Below, piece by piece: positions 9,879 through 18,638 of a DNA stretch of 64,000 bases (its first letter is position 1; every line of letters begins with the position of its first letter). The DNA lies in NCBI GenBank assembly GCA_035650215.1, contig DASRIC010000002.1, forward strand, positions 18,515-82,514. The letters run 5' to 3'. The translations under genes were made by a program, and so were the position numbers. Source of the DNA: Thermoleophilaceae bacterium (GTDB lineage Bacteria > Actinomycetota > Thermoleophilia > Solirubrobacterales > Thermoleophilaceae). Below the pieces are notes generated by a model. It saw only the letters and a list, made by a program, of their open reading frames with translations. It was not told the origin of the DNA and searched no databases.

Positions 9879-10792
9879 GCCGCTGTCCTTCCTTGGCCGC
9901 TCAGCGAGAGGTCGTAGCCGGGCAGTGCGGCGAGGCGAGCCTGCACGCTCGACCGCGCGAGCGCGTCCAGCAACGGCCTCGCTGCGGCGCCGGCGGCCGG
10001 GTCAAGCGCCAGCTCGAAGGGTTCGCTCACGACCGGGATCCAGTCGAGGCCGGCGGACTCAGCGACTGCGCGCACCGCAAGCCCCGCGTCCGCCGCGCCC
10101 GCGCTCACCGCGGCGGCAACCGCGAGGTGTGACTCGACCGGCTCCCCGAGCTCGGGACGAGGCTCGCACCCGGCGGCCCGCATCAGCCGCTCGAGCAGTA
10201 GCCGAGAGCCGGTGCCGGGCGCACGCCAAGCGATCCGCCTCCCACCGAGATCCCCTACAGCGCGGATGTCATGCGGATTCCCGGCCGCCACGACCAGGCC
10301 CTGCTCTCGCTGCCACAGGTGGATCAGTTGCACCGGCTCGCCGCCCAGCGCGCTGCGCGCGAGCGGGTCGTTCCAGCGGCCGCTCGCCACGTCGAACAGA
10401 TGTACCGCGGACGCGTCGGCGGTTCCGCGCGAGAGCAGCACGATCCCGTTGACGCTCCCGCGCGGACCGGGGGCGACCGTCACGGAATCACCGGCCTCTC
10501 GCACGACCACGTCCAGCGCGGGGTCATCACTCCCGGCAAGCCGCAGCGCGGTCGGATCATGGCCCCATGCGGCTGCCCGCGCGCCGCCACCAGCCGCCAC
10601 CACGAAGCGCGACCGCGGGCTACCCGATAGGACCCCCGCGTCACGCAGAACCGCGTAGGCGCGGGCTGCCGTCCCGGCAGCGCAGCCGACCTCGCGCGCG
10701 ACGCGCCGCACACCGGGCAACGGCTCGCCCTCCGGCCAGCGGCCGGCGGCAATCTCCTGCGCGAGACGCGCGGCAAGTGACGCGGAACCCAT
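9875..10792 (-). CDS. HTH transcriptional regulator with a C-terminal periplasmic-binding-protein-like (oxyanion-binding) domain
   Basis: N-terminal winged HTH ...LPGVRRVAREVGCAAGTAARAYAVLRDAGVL.... The C-terminal PBP-like region is ...RIAWRAPGTGSRLLLERL.... The stop overlaps the tupA start by 4 nt. The start is set at ATG 10792 because the longer track ORF reads through the tRNA-Glu gene. Confidence 0.7.
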   Translation of the reverse strand: MGSASLAARLAQEIAAGRWPEGEPLPGVRRVAREVGCAAGTAARAYAVLRDAGVLSGSPRSRFVVAAGGGARAAAWGHDPTALRLAGSDDPALDVVVREAGDSVTVAPGPRGSVNGIVLLSRGTADASAVHLFDVASGRWNDPLARSALGGEPVQLIHLWQREQGLVVAAGNPHDIRAVGDLGGRRIAWRAPGTGSRLLLERLMRAAGCEPRPELGEPVESHLAVAAAVSAGAADAGLAVRAVAESAGLDWIPVVSEPFELALDPAAGAAARPLLDALARSSVQARLAALPGYDLSLSGQGRTAA

Positions 10793-10876
10793 CTGTAGCG
10801 CCACAGCAAGATACAGATGCGCATACGGACCGGCCCCGATGACACAGAAACCCGCTCGGTGAGCGGGCTTCAGTAA

Positions 10877-10949
10877 TACCGCCACGGGGATTCGAACCCC
10901 GGTTTCCGCCGTGAGAGGGCGGCGTCCTAGTCCCCTAGACGATGGCGGC
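10877..10949 (-). tRNA. tRNA-Glu (anticodon CUC)
   Basis: Reverse complement is GCCGCCATCGTCTAGGGGACTAGGACGCCGCCCTCTCACGGCGGAAACCGGGGTTCGAATCCCCGTGGCGGTA. It folds as a cloverleaf with anticodon loop CTCTCAC and T loop TTCGAAT. Confidence 0.85.
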
Positions 10950-10989
10950 CTGTCGGCGGGCGATTGTAGCGACGGGTGTCGCGTTTGCC

Positions 10990-11180
10990 CAAGTGTGGCG
11001 GTAGGATGCCGACCGTTCATACGGCCGGTGGCACAGGGAAGTTCGGTGTGAAGCCGACGCGGTCCCGCCACTGTGATCGGGCGCCGATGCGTCGCATGGA
11101 GCCACTGGGGAGCCGACGGTTCTCCGGGAAGGCGCGGCGCGGAGCCCAAAGCCAGGAGACCTGACTCCGGCCGCAGCCCG
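10990..11180 (+). promoter_or_regulatory. Cobalamin (B12) riboswitch
   Basis: Core ...GGTGGCACAGGGAAGTTCGGTGTGAAGCCGACGCGGTCCCGCCACTGTGA.... B12 box GCCACTGGG at 11101. 3' element AAGCCAGGAGACCTGAC. It lies directly upstream of the ATG at 11208. The ends are approximate. Confidence 0.75.
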
Positions 11181-11207
11181 TACGACCCTCGAGGAAGGGG
11201 TGGCCCC

Positions 11208-12623
11208 ATGTCCAACCGCTCGCGTCGCGTCATCAAAGGCGCGTTCGTCCTGCTCTCCCTGGCCTGTCCGGCGGCCGCGTCCGCCGCGCCCGTGACCGTG
11301 AACCTGCGCGTGGAGGGGGCGACGTCAACGATCTTCGAAGGCCCGGTGGTCACCGACGTCCATCCGGTCACCACGCCGGCCGACGGTCAGCCGCGCACCT
11401 GTGACGGCTCGAGCGTCGGCGCGCCGTCAGGTCCCACAGCGATCGGCGCCCTCGACGATGGCGCCCGCGCGAACGGCTTCGCCTGGGACGCCCGCTGGGA
11501 CTCGAGCTTCAGCGACTACTACCCGTTCCTGCGGGTCGGCCCGGACTCGATCGACTCGAGCAGCCACTACCTCGCGCTGTTCGTGAACTGGGCCTTCGCG
11601 GAGGTCGGCGGCTGCGGCCAGCGCGTCGCACAGGCCGACGACGTGGTGTTCGCCTACGAGGACTTCGCGAGCTCGCCGCTGCTCCGCCTCAGCGGGCCCG
11701 CCACGGCGACCACGGGCGAGAGCGTCAGCTTCAGGGCGGTGGACGGCCTGGACGGCTCGCCCCAGGCGGGCGCGACCGTGGCGGGCGCGACCACGGGCGC
11801 CGACGGCGTGGCCACGGTCTCGTTTGCCGACGAGGGCATCTACCGGGTCAAGGCCGAGCGGCCTGGCGCGATCCGCTCGAACGCGGTGGTGCTGTGCGTC
11901 GACCCCGCCGGCGCGATCCCGTGCAGCTCGACCGACCGCGAGGCGCCGTCATTGCAGACCCCGTTCGGGGCGGGCGACCCGCGGCTCCCCGGGCGCGTGC
12001 TCGCCAGCACGGTCAGCCGATCGCGTACGCTGCTGGTCTCCTGGGCGGCCCAGGACGGCGCCGGGAGCGGTGTGGCGCACTCGTCGGTCGAGGTGAGCGA
12101 GGTCCATACCGGCGCCGCCGCCTCGCAAGCCGAGTGGAGGCCGCTCGTGGACAAGGCGCCGGTGAGCGGCGTTCACTTCCGCGGCGAGCGCGGCTCCGCC
12201 TACCGCTTCCGCATCAGCGCGACCGACCGGGCGCTCAACACCGCCACGGTGGTGACCGACCCCGTGCTGATGCCGGTCGACGACCGCGACCGCCGGCTGC
12301 TCCGGCTCTCGCGCGCGTGGAAGCGGGTCAGGGTCCCCGAGGCCTGGGGCCGGACCGTGGTACGGGCGAGCCGCCCCGGCGCGACGGCGCGGCTGCGCTT
12401 CGACGGCACGCAGGTGGCGCTCATCGGCCGCCGGCTGCCGCGCGGCGGCCGCCTTCAGGTCACGGTCGACGGCGAGAGCAGCGTCGTGCGCACACGGGGG
12501 CGCTCGGCCCAGCGTAGCGTGCTCTGGGTGTCGAGAAGGCTCGAAGCCGGCAGCCACTCCCTGCGGCTGCGCTCGCTCGGCGGCGGCCCGGTGGAGCTCG
12601 ACGCGGTGGCGCCCTCGCCATGA
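11208..12623 (+). CDS. Secreted protein with an N-terminal DUF4430-like (transcobalamin beta-domain-like) module plus Ig-like regions
   Basis: RBS GAGGAAGGGG and signal peptide MSNRSRRVIKGAFVLLSLACPAAASA. N-terminal block is ...VNLRVEGATSTIFEG...LALFVNWAFAEVGGCGQRVAQADDVVFAY. First gene after the B12 riboswitch. Confidence 0.7.
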   Translation: MSNRSRRVIKGAFVLLSLACPAAASAAPVTVNLRVEGATSTIFEGPVVTDVHPVTTPADGQPRTCDGSSVGAPSGPTAIGALDDGARANGFAWDARWDSSFSDYYPFLRVGPDSIDSSSHYLALFVNWAFAEVGGCGQRVAQADDVVFAYEDFASSPLLRLSGPATATTGESVSFRAVDGLDGSPQAGATVAGATTGADGVATVSFADEGIYRVKAERPGAIRSNAVVLCVDPAGAIPCSSTDREAPSLQTPFGAGDPRLPGRVLASTVSRSRTLLVSWAAQDGAGSGVAHSSVEVSEVHTGAAASQAEWRPLVDKAPVSGVHFRGERGSAYRFRISATDRALNTATVVTDPVLMPVDDRDRRLLRLSRAWKRVRVPEAWGRTVVRASRPGATARLRFDGTQVALIGRRLPRGGRLQVTVDGESSVVRTRGRSAQRSVLWVSRRLEAGSHSLRLRSLGGGPVELDAVAPSP

Positions 12624-13321
12624 GGGCGCGCGCACTGATCGTCGCTGCGATGGCGCTGACGGCGCTCGCCGCGCCCGCCGCCGCCAAGCCCCCCGTGATC
12701 GACCAGCTGGTGGTGTTCCGCAGCGGTGAGGCGCTGGCGAAACGCGTCTCCACGGCCGGCGTGCTGGTGCGCGCCGGCGGGCGCCGCTGCGCCGCCGGGG
12801 ATGGCACGGCGCTGGCGGCGCTCGTCCGCAGCCGGCCGGGCCGCCTGGGAGTCCGCGACTTCGGCGCGTGCTCGCGGCGGCCGCGGGACGGCGCCGGGCT
12901 GTTCGTCCAGTCGATTCGGAACGACCGGAACTTCGGCCAGAACGGCTGGGTGTACAAGGTCGGAAGACGCGGCGCCACGGCGGGCGCGGCCGACCCGTCG
13001 GGACCGTTCGGCCGCGGGCGGATACGCGCCGGGCAGCGTGTCACCTGGTTCTTCTGCCGGCTCGTCGCCGGCGGCTGCCAGCGCACGCTCGAGCTGCGGC
13101 TCACCTCGGAGCGCGGCGCGGTACTCGCCACCGTGCACGGCTACAACGACGAGGGCCGCGGTGTCGCTGTCGAGGGCGCGACCGTGCGCGCCGGCTCCAC
13201 GACGGCGCTCACGGCCGCCGACGGCAACGCGCGTCTGACCCTTCCGCCCGGCGCGCACCGGGTGACCGCCACCAAGGACGGCCTCGTGCGGTCCTTCAGC
13301 GAACGGGTCGATGTGCCGTGA
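12620..13321 (+). CDS. Secreted DUF4430-like protein with a C-terminal carboxypeptidase-regulatory-like beta domain
   Basis: Signal peptide, then ...GLFVQSIRNDRNFGQNGWVYKVGRRGATAGAAD...AGQRVTWFF... (DUF4430-like). The start overlaps the upstream stop by 4 nt. Confidence 0.7.
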   Translation: MRARALIVAAMALTALAAPAAAKPPVIDQLVVFRSGEALAKRVSTAGVLVRAGGRRCAAGDGTALAALVRSRPGRLGVRDFGACSRRPRDGAGLFVQSIRNDRNFGQNGWVYKVGRRGATAGAADPSGPFGRGRIRAGQRVTWFFCRLVAGGCQRTLELRLTSERGAVLATVHGYNDEGRGVAVEGATVRAGSTTALTAADGNARLTLPPGAHRVTATKDGLVRSFSERVDVP

Positions 13322-14256
13322 GGCGCGTCGTCGCCCTGCTCTGCGCGCTCGCCGCCGCAAGCGGCGCTGCCGGCTGCGGCCTCGGGGCGGGCGACGAGCA
13401 GGAGGGCGACGGCGTCCAGCTGCGAGTGACGCGCGACTTCGGTCGCACCGAGCTCGGCGCTGCGAGGCTCGCAAGCGTGCGCGAGGACGAGACCGTGATG
13501 CGCGTGCTGCGCTCCCGCTTCGAGGTCGAGACGCGCTACGGCGGGCGCTTCGTTCAGTCGATCGACGGGCTCGAGGGCGGCGGCGCCGGGGGAGAGGTCG
13601 ACTGGTTCTACTTCGTGAACGGCGTGGAGGGGGACGTGGGTGCGGCCGAGTTCGAGCTCTCGCCCGGCGACCGCGTGCAGTGGGACCACCGCGATTGGGG
13701 AGCCACGATGCGCGTGCCCGCGATCGTGGGCGCCTTCCCCGAGCCGTTCCTGCACGGGCTGGAGGGCAAGCGCCGCCCCGTGCGGGTGGAGTGCGAGGAG
13801 TCGGGGTCGAGCGCCTGCGAGGCCGCGCGCGACCGGCTCGGCGCAGTGGGCGTGTCGACCTCGGGATCGTCGCTCGGCGCCCCCGGGACGGAGCGGGTGG
13901 TTCGCCTGGTGGTGGCGCGCTGGCCGGCCGCGCGGATCGTGCGCGGCGCGGCGGAGCTCGAGCAGGGGCCGGGCGAGAGTGGGGTGTTCGTCCGCTTCGC
14001 GCGTGACGGCAGCCGGGTCGACCTGCTCGACCCGCGCGGCGAGCCGTCCCGCACGGTGCGGCCCGGCGACGGGGTGGGCCTCGTGCTCGCGCTCGCCCCG
14101 CGCGAGGACGAGCTCGTGTGGCTCGTGACCGCGCTCGACGATCGCGGCGTGACCGCCGGGGTGCGCGCGCTCAGCGAGAGGCGATTGCGCGACGCGTTCG
14201 CAGTGGCCGTGACCGGTCGGACCGTCGAGAAGCTGCCGCTCGAGGGGGCGTCATGA
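13318..14256 (+). CDS. DUF4430-like lipoprotein
   Basis: GTGA start/stop overlap and lipobox-like AASGAAGCG. Domain block is ...GGRFVQSIDGLEGGG..DWFYFVNGVEGDVGAAEFELSPGDRVQWDH.... Confidence 0.7.
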   Translation: MRRVVALLCALAAASGAAGCGLGAGDEQEGDGVQLRVTRDFGRTELGAARLASVREDETVMRVLRSRFEVETRYGGRFVQSIDGLEGGGAGGEVDWFYFVNGVEGDVGAAEFELSPGDRVQWDHRDWGATMRVPAIVGAFPEPFLHGLEGKRRPVRVECEESGSSACEAARDRLGAVGVSTSGSSLGAPGTERVVRLVVARWPAARIVRGAAELEQGPGESGVFVRFARDGSRVDLLDPRGEPSRTVRPGDGVGLVLALAPREDELVWLVTALDDRGVTAGVRALSERRLRDAFAVAVTGRTVEKLPLEGAS

Positions 14257-15134
14257 GCCTCGTGCCCGTCTACCGCAGCCGGCCGAGCCCCCTCCACGCA
14301 GCGCGCGCAGCCGTGGGCGTGGCCTTCTGCTGCTCGCTCGCGCTCGTGGGCGCGCTCTACCGCCATCCGCTCGTGCTCGCCTCCGCGCTCGGCGCCACGG
14401 TGCTCGCGGGTGTGGCGGCGGGGGTGGGGCGGGAGATTCGCCGCTCGCTCAAGCTCGCGTTGCCGCTCGCGCTCCTCATCGCGATCGTCAACCCGATCGT
14501 GTACTCCGGCGGCGACACGCTGCTCGTGCGCGGCGGCGAAATGCTCGGCCGGCGGGTGGACATCACGCTCGAGGCCACGGTCGCGGGGGCGCTCGGCGGC
14601 CTGCGCGTGGTGGTGTGCGTGGTGGCCCTCGGCCTGCTGTCGGCAGCCGTCGATCCCGACGAGCTGCTGCGGCTGTTCCGCCGCATCTCGTTCCGCTCTG
14701 CCCTCACGGCCTCGCTCGCGACCCGGCTCGTGCCGGTGCTGGCGCGCGACGCCACGCGCATGGGCGACGCGGCGCGCTGCCGCCCCAACCCGCCGGGCAG
14801 GCTCGCGGTGGCGCGCGCGGCGATCGCGGGAGCGCTCGACCGCGCGGTCGACGTCGCCGCCGCGCTCGAGGTGCGCGGCTACGCGCTCGGCGGCCGGCCC
14901 CCGCGCCGGCGGCGCCCGTGGTCGCGGCACGACCTGCGCGTGGCGGGCGCGGCGCTCGCGATCGCGCTGGTGGCGCTCGGCGGCAAGGTCGCGGGCCTCG
15001 CACAGGTGGAGACCTATCCGACGATCGCGATCGACCTCGGGCCGCCGGAGCTCGTGCTGAGCTGCGCGCTGCTCACCTTCGCCGTGCTCCCGTTCGCCGG
15101 CCGCGGCGCCCGGAGCGGGGTGGCGAATGCCTGA
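14253..15134 (+). CDS. ecfT: ECF transporter transmembrane (T) component, CbiQ/EcfT family
   Basis: ATGA overlap with the upstream gene. Polytopic membrane protein with an Arg-rich coupling region ...FRSALTASLATRLVPVLARDATRMGDAARCR.... Confidence 0.8.
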   Translation: MSLVPVYRSRPSPLHAARAAVGVAFCCSLALVGALYRHPLVLASALGATVLAGVAAGVGREIRRSLKLALPLALLIAIVNPIVYSGGDTLLVRGGEMLGRRVDITLEATVAGALGGLRVVVCVVALGLLSAAVDPDELLRLFRRISFRSALTASLATRLVPVLARDATRMGDAARCRPNPPGRLAVARAAIAGALDRAVDVAAALEVRGYALGGRPPRRRRPWSRHDLRVAGAALAIALVALGGKVAGLAQVETYPTIAIDLGPPELVLSCALLTFAVLPFAGRGARSGVANA

Positions 15135-16764
15135 GCCGCTGGCAAGCGCAGAGCGCTTCTCCTACCGCTATCCGGACGCCCTCGGCATGGCGCTCAGCGA
15201 CGTGTCGGTCACGCTCGAGCCCGGCACGTTCACGCTGCTGGCGGGCGTGTCCGGCTCCGGCAAGTCGACGCTTCTGGGCGCGCTCTGCGGCCTCGTGCCG
15301 CACTTCCACGGCGGCGAGGCGAGCGGCTCGCTCGAGGTCGCCGGCCTCGACGTGCGCGAGCACGGGCCGGGCGAGCTGGCGGCGGTCTGCGGCACCGTGC
15401 TCCAGGAGCCCGAGGCGCAGGTGGTGATGGGCGGCGTGCGGGCCGAGCTCGAGCTGCCGCTCGAGCACCGCCGGGAGTCCGCCGCGGCGATGGCCCGCGC
15501 CGTGGAGGAGACGGCGCTCTCGCTCGGCGTCGGGCATCTGCTGGAGCGCCGCACCGACACGCTCTCGGGCGGCGAGCTCCAGCGCGTGGCGATCGCCGCC
15601 GCGATGGTCCATGCGCCGCGCCTGCTCCTGCTCGACGAGCCCACCTCGCAGCTCGACCCGGTGGCGGGCGACGAGCTCGTCTGGCTGCTTCGCCGTTTAA
15701 ACGAGGACTGGGGCACCGCGGTGGTGGTGGCCGAGCACCGGATCGAGCGCTGCCTGCCGGCCGCCGACCGGGTGATCGCGATGATCGACGGCCGGGTGGC
15801 GTGCGACGCGCCGCCGGCCGGCTTCCTCGAGTGGGCGGCCGAGCGCGCGCCGGCGCTCGTGACCCCGGGCGGGCGGATGTTCTCCCTCGCCGGCCTCTCG
15901 CCGCCGCCCGCGTCCGTGAAGCAGGCGCGCGCCGGGCTGCGCGCCGCCGGGCTGGAGGCCCCACTGCGGCGCGAGCCGCCTGCCCGGCCGTCGGGCGGGG
16001 CCGGCGACGGGGGCTTCCTTCGGCGGCTGCTCCGCCGGGATGAAAGCGCCCCGCCGGCACTCGCCTTCAGGGAGGTCTGGCACGAGATCGAGGACGGCCC
16101 CGTGGTGCTGCGCGGGGTGTCGCTCGCACTTACCGCCGGCGAGCGGGTGGCGCTGATGGGCCGCAACGGCGCCGGCAAAAGTACGCTGCTGCGCCTCGCC
16201 AAGGGGCTCGCGGAGCCCACGCGCGGGCGCGTCGAGCGCGCCGGCGAGGTGGCGCTGCTGCTCCAGAACCCGGGCGACTATCTGATCCACGAGCACGCGG
16301 TGGACGACGCGGGCCCCGAGGGCGTGGCGAGCGCCGGGCTCGCCGGGCGGGAAGAGGCGAACCCACGCGACCTCTCGGGCGGGGAGCGTCAGCGACTCGC
16401 GCTCGAGGTGGTTCTGGCCGGCGGGCGCTGCGCGGCGGTGCTGCTCGACGAGCCCACCCGCGGGATGGACCGCATCCATCGCGACGAGCTCACGGCGCGC
16501 ATCGAGGAGCTGACGCGCGGTGGCGCCGCGGTGGTGGTGGCCACGCACGACAGCGAGTTCGCGTCGGCGTTCGCCGATCGCGTGGTGCTGCTCGGGCAGG
16601 GCGTGACGATCGCCGACGGGCCGCCGGACGATGTGCTTTCGGGCGGCCGTCACTTCTCGACCGAGGTGGCGCGCATCAGCGACGGCGCCGCGCTCACGCC
16701 CGAGGCCGGTGCCGCCGCCGTGGCGCGGGCGCGAGCGCGCTCGATCGAGGAGGTGGAGGCATGA
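15127..16764 (+). CDS. Fused double ATPase of an ECF transporter (EcfA-EcfA')
   Basis: Two complete cassettes. First: GVSGSGKST / LSGGELQR / LLLDEP. Second: GRNGAGKST / LSGGERQR / VLLDEP. Confidence 0.9.
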   Translation: MPEPLASAERFSYRYPDALGMALSDVSVTLEPGTFTLLAGVSGSGKSTLLGALCGLVPHFHGGEASGSLEVAGLDVREHGPGELAAVCGTVLQEPEAQVVMGGVRAELELPLEHRRESAAAMARAVEETALSLGVGHLLERRTDTLSGGELQRVAIAAAMVHAPRLLLLDEPTSQLDPVAGDELVWLLRRLNEDWGTAVVVAEHRIERCLPAADRVIAMIDGRVACDAPPAGFLEWAAERAPALVTPGGRMFSLAGLSPPPASVKQARAGLRAAGLEAPLRREPPARPSGGAGDGGFLRRLLRRDESAPPALAFREVWHEIEDGPVVLRGVSLALTAGERVALMGRNGAGKSTLLRLAKGLAEPTRGRVERAGEVALLLQNPGDYLIHEHAVDDAGPEGVASAGLAGREEANPRDLSGGERQRLALEVVLAGGRCAAVLLDEPTRGMDRIHRDELTARIEELTRGGAAVVVATHDSEFASAFADRVVLLGQGVTIADGPPDDVLSGGRHFSTEVARISDGAALTPEAGAAAVARARARSIEEVEA

Positions 16765-18638
16765 CCTGGCAGGCCGCGTCGTTCGTGTTGCTCGCCGTTG
16801 CGGTGGCCGCCGGCTTCGCCTGGTACGAGCGCGATCGCCCGCCGTCGCGGGTGCTCGCCCTCGTGGCGGCGCTCGCCGCGCTCGCGGTGGTGGGCCGGCT
16901 CGCCTTCGCCGCGGTGCCAAACGTGAAGCCGACCACCGACATCGTGCTGTTCGCGGGCTTCGCGCTCGGCGCCCTGCCCGGTTTCGCGGTGGGCGCGGTG
17001 ACGGCGATCGTGTCGAACATCTTCCTCTCGCAGGGGCCCTGGACCGTCTGGCAGATGGCGGGCTGGGGCGCCGTGGGGGTGGGCGGCGCGCTGCTCGCGC
17101 GCATCCTGCGCGGGCGCGAGCCCAGCCGGCTGGTGCTAGCGGCGGCGTGCGGGCTCGCGGGGCTGGCCTTCGGCGCCTGGATGGACGTGTACCAGTGGAC
17201 GCTTGGCGCGCGGCAGGACCTCGACTCCTACCTGGTGGTGGCCGCGAGCTCGCTGCCGTACAACCTCGCGCACGCCATGGGGAACGTGGTGTTCTGCCTC
17301 CTGATCGGGCCGGCGTTCGTGCGGGCGCTCGAGCGCTACCGGCGCCGCCTCGAGGTGCGCTGGCCGGCGCCGGCGGGCGCGGCCGCCGGCTGCCTGCTGC
17401 TTGCCGTGACGATCGCGGGCTTCGCTTTGCCGCAGCCCGCGCTCGCCGCCACGACCGCGGACCGGGCCGAGCGCTACCTGCTGCGCGCGCAGAACCCCGA
17501 CGGCGGCTTCGGCGCCGCGCCGGGCCAGAGCTCGTCGCCGCTCTACACGGGCTGGACCGGGCTCGGCCTGGCGGCGGCCGGCCGCAACCCGGTCGACGTC
17601 GAGCGGCGCGGGGGGCGCTCGATCGTGGGCTTCGTGAGGCGGGCGCGCGGGCGCGCGGACATCGGCGAGGTGGAGCGGACGGTGCTGCTCCTGCGCAGCG
17701 CCGGGATCGATCCGCGGCGCTTCGGCGGCCGCAACCTGCTGGCGGCGATCGAGCGCCGCCGCCGGGCCGACGGCTCGATCGCCGGCTTCGTGAGCTACAC
17801 GGCCTTCGGCATTCTCGCGCTGCGCGCGTCAGGGGAGCCCGCCGGCGCCGCGACGGTCGCCTGGCTCGTGCGCAACCAGAACGGGGACGGCGGCTTCGGG
17901 GTGGCCACCTCCTCGGGCAGCGACGCCGACATGACCGGCGCCGCGCTCCAGGCGCTCGCCGCCGTGCGCCGCGGCCGCGGCGCGGCGGCCCGCCGCGCCC
18001 TGGGCTGGCTCCGCTCGGCTCAGAACGGCGACGGCGGCTTCGGGCAGATGCCGGGTCGCAGCTCGAACGCGCAGTCGACCGCCTACGCGGTGCAGGGGCT
18101 GGTGGCGGTCGGGGCGCGCTCGCGGGCGGCCGGCCGGGCGCTCGCCTACCTGCGCGGCCTGGCGCGGCGGGACGGGAGCATCGCCTACTCGCGAACGAGC
18201 TCGCAGACACCGGTCTGGGTGACCGCCCAAGCGCTCATGGCGCTGCGCCGCACCGCGCTGCCGATCGGGGCGGTGGCGCGAGCGCCGCGGGGACGCCGTT
18301 CGCCCAAGCCCGCAGCGGCGGCGGCGACACCGGCTCACCCCGACGGTCGCTCCCGAGTCGGCGCGGGAGAGCCGAGGACCGCGGAGCGCCCGCCGAAGGA
18401 GAACGAACCAAAGTCCAGCGCGAGCGGCCGCCTCGGCGAGCCGGCCGCCGGCCCGGGCGCCGCGCGCGACACGGCCTTTGCGATCGACCCGGCCCCGGCG
18501 TCCCGGAGGGCAGCCGCTGCGGCCGCTCCCACAGGCGGCGGAGACGCCGGCCCGTCCCCGCTGCTTTTCGCGGTGCTCCTTGGAGCCCTGCTGGCGGCGG
18601 CGCTCGCGGTATGGCGGCGCCGGCGGCTCAGCCGATAG
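16761..18638 (+). CDS. Fusion of an ECF S-component-like membrane domain with a prenyltransferase/terpene-cyclase-like alpha/alpha-toroid repeat domain and a C-terminal TM anchor
   Basis: N-terminal ~190 aa has about 6 TM segments (...NVKPTTDIVLFAGFALG...SNIFLSQGPWTVWQMAGWG...). Repeats follow: LLRAQNPDGGFG, LVRNQNGDGGFG and LRSAQNGDGGFGQ. A Pro/Ala-rich linker leads to the anchor LLFAVLLGALLAAALAVWRRRR. Confidence 0.75.
   Translation: MTWQAASFVLLAVAVAAGFAWYERDRPPSRVLALVAALAALAVVGRLAFAAVPNVKPTTDIVLFAGFALGALPGFAVGAVTAIVSNIFLSQGPWTVWQMAGWGAVGVGGALLARILRGREPSRLVLAAACGLAGLAFGAWMDVYQWTLGARQDLDSYLVVAASSLPYNLAHAMGNVVFCLLIGPAFVRALERYRRRLEVRWPAPAGAAAGCLLLAVTIAGFALPQPALAATTADRAERYLLRAQNPDGGFGAAPGQSSSPLYTGWTGLGLAAAGRNPVDVERRGGRSIVGFVRRARGRADIGEVERTVLLLRSAGIDPRRFGGRNLLAAIERRRRADGSIAGFVSYTAFGILALRASGEPAGAATVAWLVRNQNGDGGFGVATSSGSDADMTGAALQALAAVRRGRGAAARRALGWLRSAQNGDGGFGQMPGRSSNAQSTAYAVQGLVAVGARSRAAGRALAYLRGLARRDGSIAYSRTSSQTPVWVTAQALMALRRTALPIGAVARAPRGRRSPKPAAAAATPAHPDGRSRVGAGEPRTAERPPKENEPKSSASGRLGEPAAGPGAARDTAFAIDPAPASRRAAAAAAPTGGGDAGPSPLLFAVLLGALLAAALAVWRRRRLSR

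Noticed and set aside
2748-10949. tRNA-Leu and tRNA-Glu as possible genomic-island integration sites
   Set aside because: There is no integrase, no direct repeat of the tRNA 3' end, and no compositional break that I could see next to either tRNA. The neighbouring genes are ordinary metabolic or transport genes.
11073-11207. Upstream extension of the first B12-regulated gene (track start 11073)
   Set aside because: The extension lies inside the cobalamin riboswitch. ATG 11208 has a good RBS and is followed immediately by a signal peptide.
9875-11374. Full 499-aa track ORF as the regulator gene
   Set aside because: Its N-terminal 194 codons read straight through the tRNA-Glu gene (the ...TAETGVRIPVAV... 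stretch) and the B12 riboswitch on the opposite strand. It was truncated to ATG 10792, where the HTH domain begins.
15697-18210. 837-aa minus-strand ORF (and the 697-aa plus-strand ORF 16631..18724)
   Set aside because: Extremely Arg/Pro/Ala/Ser-rich with no motifs. It lies antisense or out of frame to the ECF ATPase and S-component fusion genes, which have clear signatures.
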